From: an uncultured Planctomycetales bacterium | GTDB lineage: Bacteria; Omnitrophota; Gorgyraeia; Zapsychrales; JAHFFX01 | DNA: 64,000 nucleotides | Direction: 5' to 3' | Assembly (NCBI GenBank): GCA_964612665.1 | Contig: CAZTCI010000008.1 | Coordinates: 1,083 to 65,082 of the forward strand | Shown here: positions 40,186 through 49,909 of the stretch, one piece after another | How positions within the stretch are numbered: position 1 is the first letter of the stretch | Layout of the letters: each line of letters begins with the position of its first letter | Translations under genes and position numbers: made by a program | The notes under the pieces: model-generated | The model's database searches: none | Seen by the model: the letters and a program-made list of their open reading frames with translations, nothing else | What the model was told of the DNA's origin: nothing

Positions 40186-42687
40186 TTGATTTCTGCGAAG
40201 TCGTCTAAGTTGTGGGATTATATTGTTATTTTTTATATTTCCTTCCTTTGTATTTCTCTTGAACTTTTTCTCACCCGGATTCTTAATTTAAAAACCTTCA
40301 ATCACGTCGTCTATGTGGTCATCCCGTTTGCTATCCTGGGCTACGGCATCGGCGCCAATTTGTATCTTTTGGCCGAAGGTTTTGTTTACCGTTTCCGCCG
40401 AGAAAAAGTAATTGCGTTTAATTTAATTCTTTTAAGCGTTTTAATTGTGGCCAGCATTTTGATCATTATTCGTTTGCCGTTGACGATTAAACTGCTGGAA
40501 GAATTTTTCTTAAGCATCCGTCCCGGTTTGATGCTTTCTTTATCTTATTTTGTTTTAATGATTCCATTTGTTGTGATCGGCTTTTTAATTTTATTTTTAT
40601 TTTCAGAAAACCCGGCTGAAAGCCCCAAGTTTTATTTCTGGGATTTAGTCGGCGCCGGCGCTGGTGCGTTCGCATCCTTCTTTCTGATCAACTATCTGCA
40701 GCTTTTTCACGCGATTGTGTTCTTATCGATCACGGTTTTCTTTTTAGGCATTCTTTTTCTTATGCCGCAAAGAAAAGCGGCCGTTCTTATTGGCTGGGCC
40801 ATTATAAGCGCGGCCATTTTACATTTTATTCCCGAGATTAGTAATTATGAAAGCGACGCGAAGGGATGGGAAAATTTTACAAAGTTTTTTAAGCCTACGC
40901 AATTTGAAACCATCAATAGGCGCTGGCATCCGATGGGCCGCACGGATATTTATCATATCCTCGGTCATCAGCGGCAGGATCTTCTGTATTATCAAGCGGA
41001 AGGAACTTTTGAAATTAATTTAAAGCCTAGGCCGGATTTTTCTTATTTCTCGACGAACTTTCTGGGCGGTACACCGGTTTATAAGTTATCAATTGAAGGT
41101 TTAAATGAACGCAACAGCCAGCTGGATTTATTTTCCCAGGCCATGGAATTTCCTTATGTGCTTTTGAAAAATCCGCGGGTCGTTGTGATCGGCGCTGGCG
41201 GCGGGCGCGACATCTTCATGGCCAAAACGCATGGCGCAACAGACATTATCGCCGCTGAAATCAACCCGGAAGTTTACCGTTCTATGTCCCCGGGCGGCCC
41301 CATGTATGAATATTCGGGAAAGATTTATAAGCTCCCAGGTGTTAAGGTCCTTAACATCGACGGCCGTAATATGGTCAAGAATCTGCCATCAGAGAGTTAC
41401 GATTTAATTATTCTAAACGGCGTTGATACATTCTCTGGTCTGTCTTCCGGCGCTTATGCGTATGCAGAAAGTTACCTCTATACTAAAAACGCCATCATGG
41501 ATTATTATCGGCTCCTTAAACCAAGAGGGATGATGAATTTTAACCGCTGGATTTTTATCGACGAGCATTGGGACCGCGAGACGATCCGATTGTTCACGAT
41601 TATTATGGATGCTTTACGCTCGGTCGGTGTCACTCAGCCCTGGCAGAATATTATGGTCGGCGCCCATCACGGATGGGGGATGACACTGGTTAAGAAAACG
41701 CCGTTTACAATCGATGAAAACCTGCTTGTTACTAACTATTGGGACCAGCATAAGACGGATCTGGTTTATCCTTCCAAGGCTTTAAGTAACCGCGAGACAG
41801 ACAAACTGAATTATTTTGATTTGGATGCGCTGGCCTTCATTAATGGGAAAGAAAAAGATTTTATTAAAAGTTACCGTTTTGATATTTCAGTGATCACCGA
41901 TGACAATCCGTTTTTCTATAAATATTATCGGTTCAGTGATTTCAAACCCAAGGAACTGAACAAAGCGTCTGTCGCTTATTCAAATTACGGCGCCGGGTTT
42001 GTTATTTTCTTGACGCAAGGATTGGTTTTGTTTAATGGAACGATCTTTTGCCTGATTTTTATCGGCCTGCCGCTCATTCTTTTACGTCGGGAAAACTTAA
42101 AAAGAATTCCTGGGCTGGCCAGGATTGCTTTTGTTATTTATTACGCGTGTTTAGGCGTTGGCTTTATGTTTATTGAAATTCCAATCATGCAAAAATTCAC
42201 GCTGCTTTTAGGCAGTCCGATTTACGCGATTTCAGTGACACTGGCCGCATTATTAATTTTTGCGGGGATTGGCAGCAATTTTATTAATTTTTTGAAAGTT
42301 AAGCTTGGCTCAGGCCGGTTGATTCTTGGGGCAACGATTCTGACAATCGGATTAATTTTTTCTTTAATCCGTAGCAGTGAATGGATCACTAACCATTTTA
42401 TCGGCTGGCCGTTTGCAATGCGGATTTTGATGGTTTGTTTAATTTTGTTACCCTTTGGTTTGTGCCTCGGGACTTTTTTCCCGACGGGTTTAAGCTTGAT
42501 TCATAACGATGTGAAAGGCGCGATGGCTTGGGCGTGGGGGATCAACTGTGGATTTTCAGTCATCGGTTCTATGCTATCAATTATTCTCGCTCAATTTCAT
42601 GGCTTTAATCTTATTCTCTCAATTGCCGCTGCAATATATCTGGTCGCTGGCCTTATTTTCCAAGTCATGGCCAAGCGCATGACGTAG
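40186..42687 (+). CDS. Polytopic membrane protein with a central spermidine-synthase-like (SAM-MTase fold) domain; fused MFS-like / SpeE-like family.
   Basis: Multiple TM helices flank a soluble domain (VVVIGAGGGRDIFMAKTHGATDIIAAEINPEVY...YDLIILNGVDTFS) characteristic of spermidine synthase-like proteins. The start codon is uncertain. Confidence 0.55.
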   Translation: MISAKSSKLWDYIVIFYISFLCISLELFLTRILNLKTFNHVVYVVIPFAILGYGIGANLYLLAEGFVYRFRREKVIAFNLILLSVLIVASILIIIRLPLTIKLLEEFFLSIRPGLMLSLSYFVLMIPFVVIGFLILFLFSENPAESPKFYFWDLVGAGAGAFASFFLINYLQLFHAIVFLSITVFFLGILFLMPQRKAAVLIGWAIISAAILHFIPEISNYESDAKGWENFTKFFKPTQFETINRRWHPMGRTDIYHILGHQRQDLLYYQAEGTFEINLKPRPDFSYFSTNFLGGTPVYKLSIEGLNERNSQLDLFSQAMEFPYVLLKNPRVVVIGAGGGRDIFMAKTHGATDIIAAEINPEVYRSMSPGGPMYEYSGKIYKLPGVKVLNIDGRNMVKNLPSESYDLIILNGVDTFSGLSSGAYAYAESYLYTKNAIMDYYRLLKPRGMMNFNRWIFIDEHWDRETIRLFTIIMDALRSVGVTQPWQNIMVGAHHGWGMTLVKKTPFTIDENLLVTNYWDQHKTDLVYPSKALSNRETDKLNYFDLDALAFINGKEKDFIKSYRFDISVITDDNPFFYKYYRFSDFKPKELNKASVAYSNYGAGFVIFLTQGLVLFNGTIFCLIFIGLPLILLRRENLKRIPGLARIAFVIYYACLGVGFMFIEIPIMQKFTLLLGSPIYAISVTLAALLIFAGIGSNFINFLKVKLGSGRLILGATILTIGLIFSLIRSSEWITNHFIGWPFAMRILMVCLILLPFGLCLGTFFPTGLSLIHNDVKGAMAWAWGINCGFSVIGSMLSIILAQFHGFNLILSIAAAIYLVAGLIFQVMAKRMT

Positions 42688-42688
42688 G

Positions 42689-42727
42689 AAAAACCTTCCC
42701 AACCCCCGGGGTTGGGAAGGTTTTTTG
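42689..42727 (+). terminator. Rho-independent terminator.
   Basis: A perfect 17-bp stem (aaaaccttcccaacccc-cg-gggttgggaaggtttttt) is followed by a T tract. Confidence 0.75.
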
Positions 42728-42732
42728 CACTA

Positions 42733-44547
42733 ATGAATGCAAACACACAATTCAGCTTGCGTTCTCAAATCTTTTTAGGCGTTGTATTTTTCGTCGGCAT
42801 TATTTTCTTTATCCTGATTAAGTATCAAACGCCTGTCTATATTAAATCACTTTACCAACACCAAAATTATCCGCAACTTAATAAACTCACGCTCAGTAAA
42901 GACACACAAAGTCTCGATTTCTATCTGGGACGGGCTGAAGATGTACTCTGGGGCCCAGCAGCACAGCTGATTAGCGGTTTTATTTTTTTGATTTTTTGTT
43001 TACGGTTCCTTCGAGAATCCAACTGTCTGATTTTTGTTTTGGGTATTGTTCTTTATTTTTGTTTGACCCGTCCTGAAATTCTTTTTTTCCCACCGTATGG
43101 TGATGCGATCGGCGGGCCGTTTGCGGAAGGGTTGTGGCTCGCGGACAACCATTTTGATTATGCCGGATTATTTCATCAACCCGGCTATGCTGAAGGCGGA
43201 CCGCGCGTGTATTTGTTTTCAATTTTCCCGACGTATCTGGCTATTTTATTAAAATTGATTCCATCGACAAGATTATTTTTAGCTGTCGGACATATCGGCA
43301 CATTTATTATGGCGGCCCTGACGATTGCGGTCCTCCGGGACATTGCGGCGCGCTGTTTTTCTCAGGACATTGCCATATTGTTTGCGCTGTCTGTTCTTTT
43401 TATGCCTTTATTTCAAAGTCAAAGCGAAGCGATTAACATGGAAATTCCATCGCTTGTATTTATGATGCTGGCGGCGGATGCGATTGTGAAAAAGAAAATC
43501 CATCTGGCTGGAATAATGGCAATCGCCGCTGTATTAGTGAAGGGCACAGGTGTTCTCGTCTGCATAGCGGTTGCTCTTATTAATCTCATTCTCTTCGCAG
43601 GGGATAATGAGTTGCGCTTTCGTAAGCGGCTTGTTTTCTGGACGGTATTTTTAATTCTGTTTGCCTGGGGAAATCTTTCGCTTAAATATTTCACGCATGA
43701 CCAACACGTTAGCGCTGGCATGGTTAACCTTTTCAAAGGCTGGCCATCGTTTCAGCACACGAAGATGCTGGTGATTTTTCTTTTGGCGTTCTTTGTATTT
43801 GCCGGATGTGCAGTTTATAAGTCATTGATAAATCATTCTGACAAGAATTTCGACGTTCTTAAACAGTTTTGGGAAGCGCTGGTCATGTTTATTTTTGGCG
43901 GCATGTGGTTCGCGCTTTTTTTGAATTTCTTCGCTGTTTCCCCGCGTTACCGTGTGGCTGTCTATCCGTTTTTATTTTTTTGTGTTTTTTATGTCTTGGC
44001 TTTGTTTATCAAATCGAACGCCATTCGAAAATGGGGATTAATTGTTGTCGGGGCTGTCGGGTTAATTATATCGTATGGATTTTACGACGGGCTTAGTGGA
44101 GAACGCAGCCAGGTCATATTGGAAAAAAGTCTGGAATATCGCAACGATCTTAGAGTAAATCAGAAATTGGCGAAACTGATTGAAAACAACTTTTCTCAAT
44201 TCACAATCGGCGCTCCGTTCACAATCGCCCAGATGCTGGCGATCCCCCGGTTAGGATATGTCGATAAAAAATTAAATGTAATGATTTACGGGTTTCGCTG
44301 TTATTATGGTGGCATTAAAAATTACGAAGGCATCGATCATTTGGATATCCGGCACACCGTTTATGTTTCCAAACTCGATGACGAACAGCCGGGCCAAGGA
44401 TTTCCGATTGCGCCTCAGGATAAAGTGATTAATATTCTGGAATATGGCAACAAGAGGGCGTGGATTTTTGTCGGAGGTTTTGGCATAGACCGGCTTTGGC
44501 GCTCTATTTTGTTCAGGCAATTTGAAAATAGTTTAAGAAAGAAATAA
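42733..44547 (+). CDS. Polytopic integral membrane protein, possibly a GT-C-type (ArnT/PMT-like) glycosyltransferase.
   Basis: About 14 predicted TM segments are seen throughout the 604 aa. It lies adjacent to a GT2 polyprenol-phosphate glycosyltransferase gene. No diagnostic motif was recognised confidently. Confidence 0.4.
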   Translation: MNANTQFSLRSQIFLGVVFFVGIIFFILIKYQTPVYIKSLYQHQNYPQLNKLTLSKDTQSLDFYLGRAEDVLWGPAAQLISGFIFLIFCLRFLRESNCLIFVLGIVLYFCLTRPEILFFPPYGDAIGGPFAEGLWLADNHFDYAGLFHQPGYAEGGPRVYLFSIFPTYLAILLKLIPSTRLFLAVGHIGTFIMAALTIAVLRDIAARCFSQDIAILFALSVLFMPLFQSQSEAINMEIPSLVFMMLAADAIVKKKIHLAGIMAIAAVLVKGTGVLVCIAVALINLILFAGDNELRFRKRLVFWTVFLILFAWGNLSLKYFTHDQHVSAGMVNLFKGWPSFQHTKMLVIFLLAFFVFAGCAVYKSLINHSDKNFDVLKQFWEALVMFIFGGMWFALFLNFFAVSPRYRVAVYPFLFFCVFYVLALFIKSNAIRKWGLIVVGAVGLIISYGFYDGLSGERSQVILEKSLEYRNDLRVNQKLAKLIENNFSQFTIGAPFTIAQMLAIPRLGYVDKKLNVMIYGFRCYYGGIKNYEGIDHLDIRHTVYVSKLDDEQPGQGFPIAPQDKVINILEYGNKRAWIFVGGFGIDRLWRSILFRQFENSLRKK

Positions 44548-44548
44548 T

Positions 44549-44648
44549 CCGTTACTGGCCTTTTTTCTCCCCAAGATAAGGTTGTTCTATCATTCTCAGG
44601 GAGAAAAGGCCTAGTCCTAGACTTTTGCAATGCAAAAGTCAGTAACGA
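44549..44648 (-). repeat. ~95-bp structured repeat element, copy 2 (reverse orientation). It fills the whole spacer between two genes.
   Basis: Its reverse complement aligns with copies 1 and 3 (ctgacttttgcattgcaaaagtctag.actaggcc.tttctccc...gggaga.aaaaggccagtaa). Confidence 0.7.
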
Positions 44649-44651
44649 TCG

Positions 44652-45593
44652 ATGATGAATTCTAATACCGACATAGATCTTTCAATTGTGACTCCGATTT
44701 TCAACGAAGAAGAGGGGATTGAGGCTTTCTTTAAGCGTATGAGCGAAGTTTTAGCTCAAACTCATTTGGATTATGAGATTGTTTTTGTCGACGACGGGAG
44801 CCGGGACCGTTCGTTTGAATTGCTTAAAAAATTTAAGAAACAAGACCTGCGTCACGTGCGCATTGTTAAACTCGCCCGTAATTTTGGTCATCAGCTGGCG
44901 ATTACCGCCGGGCTTAAAGCCGCCCAAGGACAGGCGGTTGTTGTGACTGACAGCGATCTGCAAGATCCGCCCGAAGTCATTTTGGAATTTATAAGAAAAT
45001 GGCAGGAAGGCTATCAAATTGTGTACGGCGTCCGGACGCAGCGTGAAGGCGAACGCTTTTTTAAAAAGTGGACCGCGAGTCTGTTTTATAAAGCGATAAG
45101 ATGTTTAACGACGATTGATATCCCCGAAGACGCCGGAGATTTTTATCTTTTGGACCGCAAAGTGGTTGATCTTTTAAATAATATGGAAGAGCGGCACCGT
45201 TTTTTACGAGGGCTCATTGTTTGGGTTGGGTTTAAACGCGCTGCGGTTGGTTATGAACGCAAAGCGCGTTTCGCCGGCCGGACAAAATTCGGATTATGGC
45301 GCATGGTTAAGTTTTCTTTTGATGCCGCGACATCTTTTTCATTTATGCCGCTCAGGTTTATTTTATTTATGGGCTGGGTGATTTCTTGCTTTGCGTTTTT
45401 AGGAATTCTGATCAGTATTTATATGAAACTTTTTACCGACAAAACGGTCGTCGGCTGGACATCGCTTATGTCTGCCGTTCTTTTCATCGGCGGGATTCAG
45501 CTTATTTCAATTGGCATTATCGGCGAATACATCGCCCGGATTGGTGATGACGTCAAGAAACGCCCGTTGTATATTGTGGAAGAAGTTCTTTAA
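44652..45593 (+). CDS. GT2 polyprenol-phosphate glycosyltransferase (ArnC/DPM1-like) with C-terminal TM helices.
   Basis: The signature is LSIVTPIFNEEEGIEAFF..YEIVFVDDGSRDRS..VVVTDSDLQDPPEVI, followed by two C-terminal TM segments. Confidence 0.8.
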   Translation: MMNSNTDIDLSIVTPIFNEEEGIEAFFKRMSEVLAQTHLDYEIVFVDDGSRDRSFELLKKFKKQDLRHVRIVKLARNFGHQLAITAGLKAAQGQAVVVTDSDLQDPPEVILEFIRKWQEGYQIVYGVRTQREGERFFKKWTASLFYKAIRCLTTIDIPEDAGDFYLLDRKVVDLLNNMEERHRFLRGLIVWVGFKRAAVGYERKARFAGRTKFGLWRMVKFSFDAATSFSFMPLRFILFMGWVISCFAFLGILISIYMKLFTDKTVVGWTSLMSAVLFIGGIQLISIGIIGEYIARIGDDVKKRPLYIVEEVL

Positions 45594-45602
45594 ATCGGTA
45601 AT

Positions 45603-45706
45603 GGTTAAGGTTGCGTAGCTGGTATCGTTAAACGTTAATCGGTAATTTAAAATTTCTTTATTACGTTACCTCAACCGCATAACGATACGAGCTACGAAAA
45701 CGTAAC
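45603..45706. repeat. Imperfect ~47-bp inverted-repeat pair forming a long hairpin (MITE-like element or long-stem terminator) between the GT2 gene and recG.
   Basis: The left arm is ggttaaggttgcgtagctggtatcgttaaacg. The reverse complement of the right arm is ggttacgttttcgtagctcgtatcgttatgcg. They share the core cgtagctNgtatcgtta. Confidence 0.45.
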
Positions 45707-45750
45707 CTTTATACGAAACCTGCCTTTTCATAATCTATCAATCCCAAATC

Positions 45751-47832
45751 ATGCGAAATCTTCAAGACATATCCGTTCAATATTTAAAAGGCGTTGGACC
45801 AGCCCGCAAGAAAATCCTTTCAAACCTCGGTATCGAGTCAATTGAAGATCTACTTTATTTTTTCCCCCGGCGCTACGAAGACCGCACACAGGTCACGCCT
45901 TTAAACCAAATTAAAATCGGTGAATTTCAAACCGTGACTGGCAAAGTGATCGTCGGAGGCGGCCACCGCAGCTGGTTTACCAAGAAACATGTGTTTGAAA
46001 CTGCGGTAGGGGATGAAAGCGGACGGCTTTTTTGCGTGTGGTTTAATCAACCGTTTCTGGAAAACTATTTTCGAATTGGCGAGCAAGTTGTTTTGCATGG
46101 GAAGGTTGAGATTTATAAAAACCGTTTGCAGATGGTTTCACCCGAATATGAAATGATTAGCCCCGAAGATCAAAGCTTGAGCATGGGCCGCATTGTTCCG
46201 ATTTATTCTTTAACAAAAGGAATCTCTCAGCGGTATCTCCGTCGGATTATCCGCGCCGCATTGGATCAATATGCGGGCCAAATTCAAGAAGTGTTGCCTT
46301 ATGATATTCGCAAACGCCATAATCTTTCGAACATCGTTTACAGCATCAATAATATTCATTTCCCCGAGAATGTCTCAATCCAAGATCAATCCTACAAACG
46401 GATTGCGTTTGAAGAATTCTTTTTCTTTCAAGTCTCGGTCATCATGCGCCGGTTGAGTTTAATCCAAAAAAAAGGAATCGCTCACAAGATTCCCGACGGC
46501 ATGATTCATAATTTTTCCCAAATCTTTCCTTTTAATTTGACCAAAGCCCAGCAGCGCGTTATTGGAGAGATGATCACCGATATGAAAAAAACCGTGCCGA
46601 TGCTGCGGCTTTTGCAAGGTGATGTCGGATCCGGTAAAACACTGGTCGCTTTCTTCGGATGCGTGGCCGCAATCGAAAACGGTTTTCAGGCCGCGGTCAT
46701 GGCGCCGACGGAGATTCTGGCGCGTCAGCATTTTGAAAATATGACACGGCTCGCGAAGCGTTGGTCATTTAAAGAAATTCGAACCGCACTTTTAGTCAGT
46801 ACTCTAAAAAAAGTTGAACGCGAAGACATTCTTCAGAAAGTAAAAGAAGGCACGGTTGATTTGCTTATCGGCACGCACGCGCTTTTAGAAAAAGAGGTTC
46901 AATTTAAAAATTTAAGTTTTGCCGTCGTGGATGAACAGCATAAATTCGGTATCCGCCAGCGGGCGCTTTTGTCTGACAAAGGAACAAATCCGGATGTCTT
47001 GATTATGACCGCAACGCCGATCCCGCGCACGCTTTGTCTGACATTGTACGGCGATCTCGATGTTTCCGTCTTGGATGAATTGCCGCCGGGCCGCGGTCAA
47101 GTTGAAACGCGATTGGCATCTCAGGAAAAAGCCGCGGAAATTTATAACGAAGTGAATGCCTTTATTAAGGAAGGCCGCCAGGCGTTTATTGTTTATCCAT
47201 TGATTGAAGAATCGGAGAAAGTGGATTTGAAAGCCGCTGTGAAACAGTTTCAGCACTTCGGCAAACATGAGTTTAAGGACTGGCGTTTAGGATTGGTTCA
47301 TGGCCAGATGAGCCGTCAGGAAACACAAGCGGTCATGGACAATTTTAAAAATAAGAAAATCGATATTTTGGTTGCGACAACAGTTGTTGAAGTCGGCGTC
47401 GATGTGCCGAAAGCGAGCGTTATGATTATTGAACACGCCGAACGCTTTGGGCTGGCGCAGCTGCATCAGTTGCGCGGGCGGATTGGGCGAGGAAGTGCGA
47501 AAGGATATTGCTTTCTAATCGCTGACCCGCAAACCGAAGAAGCACAGGCGCGGCTAAAAGCGATTTTATCGATGAGTGATGGGTTTAAAATCGCTCAAGC
47601 GGATTTGGAAATCCGAGGGCCGGGTGAATTTTTCGGCCGGCATCAGCATGGGCTTAATGAATTAAAAGTCGCAAATCCTGCAACCCAGATCGACATTTTA
47701 GAAGCCGCCCGTAAAGAAGCGATTGCGCTCGCCGGTTCGGATCCGCGTTTAGAAAAAGATCAGCATCCGGTGATCCGGAGCGTGATTCAAAAACGTTACC
47801 CGAATTATTTGTCAGCGGTTTCCGCGGGGTAA
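45751..47832 (+). CDS. recG: ATP-dependent DNA helicase RecG.
   Basis: Walker A is DVGSGKT. The helicase motifs TATPIPRTL and VDVPKASVMIIEHAERFGLAQLHQLRGRIGRG are present. It has an N-terminal wedge domain and is 693 aa. Confidence 0.9.
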   Translation: MRNLQDISVQYLKGVGPARKKILSNLGIESIEDLLYFFPRRYEDRTQVTPLNQIKIGEFQTVTGKVIVGGGHRSWFTKKHVFETAVGDESGRLFCVWFNQPFLENYFRIGEQVVLHGKVEIYKNRLQMVSPEYEMISPEDQSLSMGRIVPIYSLTKGISQRYLRRIIRAALDQYAGQIQEVLPYDIRKRHNLSNIVYSINNIHFPENVSIQDQSYKRIAFEEFFFFQVSVIMRRLSLIQKKGIAHKIPDGMIHNFSQIFPFNLTKAQQRVIGEMITDMKKTVPMLRLLQGDVGSGKTLVAFFGCVAAIENGFQAAVMAPTEILARQHFENMTRLAKRWSFKEIRTALLVSTLKKVEREDILQKVKEGTVDLLIGTHALLEKEVQFKNLSFAVVDEQHKFGIRQRALLSDKGTNPDVLIMTATPIPRTLCLTLYGDLDVSVLDELPPGRGQVETRLASQEKAAEIYNEVNAFIKEGRQAFIVYPLIEESEKVDLKAAVKQFQHFGKHEFKDWRLGLVHGQMSRQETQAVMDNFKNKKIDILVATTVVEVGVDVPKASVMIIEHAERFGLAQLHQLRGRIGRGSAKGYCFLIADPQTEEAQARLKAILSMSDGFKIAQADLEIRGPGEFFGRHQHGLNELKVANPATQIDILEAARKEAIALAGSDPRLEKDQHPVIRSVIQKRYPNYLSAVSAG

Positions 47833-47833
47833 T

Positions 47834-47926
47834 CGTCGTTCGTTGTTCGTCGTTTGAGGAATTCGTTTTTTTCTTCGGGTATAAAAGAACGCTATAACGA
47901 ACAACGAAAGCACGAACAACGAAATT
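47834..47926. repeat. Solo ('empty') copy of the inverted-repeat element that bounds the four-helix-bundle cassette at 51894-52363.
   Basis: tcgtcgttcgttgttcg..tgaggaattcgttttttt is followed by the inverted aaaagaacg..cgaacaacgaaagcacgaacaacgaa. It shares the cgttgttcg and gaggaattcgttctttt cores with the inverted repeats flanking the four-helix-bundle gene. Confidence 0.6.
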
Positions 47927-47937
47927 GGAGAATTCAC

Positions 47938-48561
47938 ATGAAAATTTTAGGGGGTACACTCAAAGGCCGTAATTTCTACATGCCTCCGGACATCCGTCCG
48001 ACTCAAAACGTTGTCCGTAAAGCGATTTTTGACATCTTAGGCGATGTCGAGGGCTTGGATTTTCTCGAACTTTTTGCCGGGAGCGGGGCGGTTGGTTTTG
48101 AGGCGTACTCGCGCGGCGCCAAAAGTGTTACCTTTATTGAAAAAAATCCGAGCTGCCTTGAAGTGATTCAGGAGAACTGCCGGCTTTTAGGGATTGATAT
48201 CATGGATCCGACGCAGACGCCCGTCAGAGTCAGAGTCGGCGATGTCTTTGAACAAATCCCGCGTTTGGCCCAGCAAAAGCAAAAATTTGATATCATTTTT
48301 TGCGATCCGCCTTTTTTACTGGAAGACCAAGATTCGGCGCAGGAACCGCAAACGGAGGTCCGTCGTCGAAAAATTGAGTCCGAAACGGCAAAAAAAACCT
48401 TGAAATGCCTGGGGGCCCATGATATATTAACGCCCAATTGTCTAATTATTGTCCAGTGTTATAGACGAGAAACTCTACCTGAAGCCGAAGGTAGAGTTCT
48501 TGCTGTAAGGGAAAGATTTTACGGAGCATCTTTATTGAAGATTTATAAAGTTGCGAGTTAA
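47938..48561 (+). CDS. rsmD: 16S rRNA (guanine966-N2)-methyltransferase RsmD.
   Basis: The sequence MKILGGTLKGRNFYMPPDIRPTQNVVRKAIFDILGD...LFAGSGAVGFEAYSRGA..FDIIFCDPPF is diagnostic. ATG 47938 has a GGAG RBS. The longer ORF from 47854 reads through the inverted-repeat element. Confidence 0.85.
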   Translation: MKILGGTLKGRNFYMPPDIRPTQNVVRKAIFDILGDVEGLDFLELFAGSGAVGFEAYSRGAKSVTFIEKNPSCLEVIQENCRLLGIDIMDPTQTPVRVRVGDVFEQIPRLAQQKQKFDIIFCDPPFLLEDQDSAQEPQTEVRRRKIESETAKKTLKCLGAHDILTPNCLIIVQCYRRETLPEAEGRVLAVRERFYGASLLKIYKVAS

Positions 48562-48567
48562 ATTCAA

Positions 48568-49047
48568 ATGAGTCAAGCTGCTATATATCCTGGTACTTTT
48601 GACCCTGTTACCTACGGTCACATTGATATCATTAAACGCGCCAGCCGGATTTTTAGTCCCGTGATCGTCGCGGTTTCAGTCAATTCTAAGAAAAATACTC
48701 TTTTTTCAATTGAAGAACGTCTTGCCATGTTACGCGAAGCCACCAAAGGCATCAAAAATGTAAAAGTCGATACTTTCGACGGATTAGTCATCGAATACGC
48801 CCGCCGGAAAAAGATTCACGTCCTCATCCGTGGTTTACGCATGATTTCCGATTTTGAATATGAACTGCAAATGGCTTTAACCAACCGTCGTCTTGCCGAA
48901 GACATAGAGACGGTTTTTTTAATGCCTTCCGAAGGTTATTCATTTTTATCCTCGACTTTATTAAAGGAAGCCGCTTCGCTGGGCGCGAATATCTCATCTT
49001 TTGTTCCAGGTTTTGTTGAAAAAAGACTTAAAGAAATTTTGAAGTAA
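48568..49047 (+). CDS. coaD: Phosphopantetheine adenylyltransferase.
   Basis: IYPGTFDPVTYGHIDIIKRA is the nucleotidyltransferase H/T-x-G-H motif. The protein is 159 aa. Confidence 0.9.
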   Translation: MSQAAIYPGTFDPVTYGHIDIIKRASRIFSPVIVAVSVNSKKNTLFSIEERLAMLREATKGIKNVKVDTFDGLVIEYARRKKIHVLIRGLRMISDFEYELQMALTNRRLAEDIETVFLMPSEGYSFLSSTLLKEAASLGANISSFVPGFVEKRLKEILK

Positions 49048-49463
49048 TGAAATTGATTGTTAAAGATATCCCTAAAAAAGGGCTTGAGCTTACTGAAAAT
49101 ATTTCCGCGGCAGATATTGGTCTTTTAGAACAAGAATTAAAATGTTTGTCGCCTTTAAATATCAAGGCTAAGATTTCGCGGGTTGATAATACGATTTTGG
49201 CACACTTTGATATCCACGGGCAATATGAATTCGCCTGCGCGCGTTGTCTGGAACCGGTGACCGACACGCATAGTGACAGTTTTGATTTCGATTATCCGAT
49301 TGAAAGCAGTATGCAGGAAATAAATCTTGGTGAGGATATCCGTCAAGAAATGATTATGCGCTTACCGACGAGGATTTTGTGCAAACCGGATTGTTTAGGA
49401 CTGTGTTCGAAGTGCGGTGTGAATTTAAATAAAGAAAAATGCAAGTGTTCTTCAGGGAAGTAA
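49047..49463 (+). CDS. yceD: YceD/DUF177-family protein (large-subunit rRNA accumulation).
   Basis: There is a C-terminal Cys cluster (CARCLEPV...CKPDCLGLCSKCGVNLNKEKCKC). The synteny is conserved immediately upstream of rpmF. Confidence 0.8.
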   Translation: MKLIVKDIPKKGLELTENISAADIGLLEQELKCLSPLNIKAKISRVDNTILAHFDIHGQYEFACARCLEPVTDTHSDSFDFDYPIESSMQEINLGEDIRQEMIMRLPTRILCKPDCLGLCSKCGVNLNKEKCKCSSGK

Positions 49464-49556
49464 AATAATTGGACACAAGGCACAGAACACCAGCACATAT
49501 TAAAGCTTGTGTCATGTGTCTTTCAATTTGTGTCTAGATAACTAAAGGAGCAACAA

Positions 49557-49757
49557 ATGGCCCTACCCAAACGACAGCATTCCCGGCAGCGTGGCCGCAA
49601 ACGACGGACGCATTGGAAACTTAAAGTTCCGTCTTTAGCGGTTTGTCCCAATTGCCAAAAACAAATTATTTCTCATCGCGTTTGTCCTTTTTGTGGTTAT
49701 TATAAAGGACAACAAATCGTGGCACTTAAAGTCAAGAAGCAAAACAGCAGATCTTAA
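49557..49757 (+). CDS. rpmF: 50S ribosomal protein L32.
   Basis: The sequence MALPKRQHSRQRGRKRRTHWKL..CPNCQKQIISHRVCPFCGYY identifies L32. Confidence 0.9.
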   Translation: MALPKRQHSRQRGRKRRTHWKLKVPSLAVCPNCQKQIISHRVCPFCGYYKGQQIVALKVKKQNSRS

Positions 49758-49909
49758 AGCAATTTTTAAAATTCGAATTTCTAAATTCTAAACAATCTCT
49801 AAATTCAGAAACACCAATGTTTCAAACTTTGAATTGTTTGGAATTTGGAAATTAGGATTTCGAATTTGTTTAGGATTTAGAAGAATTTTACTAAACTTAG
49901 GAGATTTCC

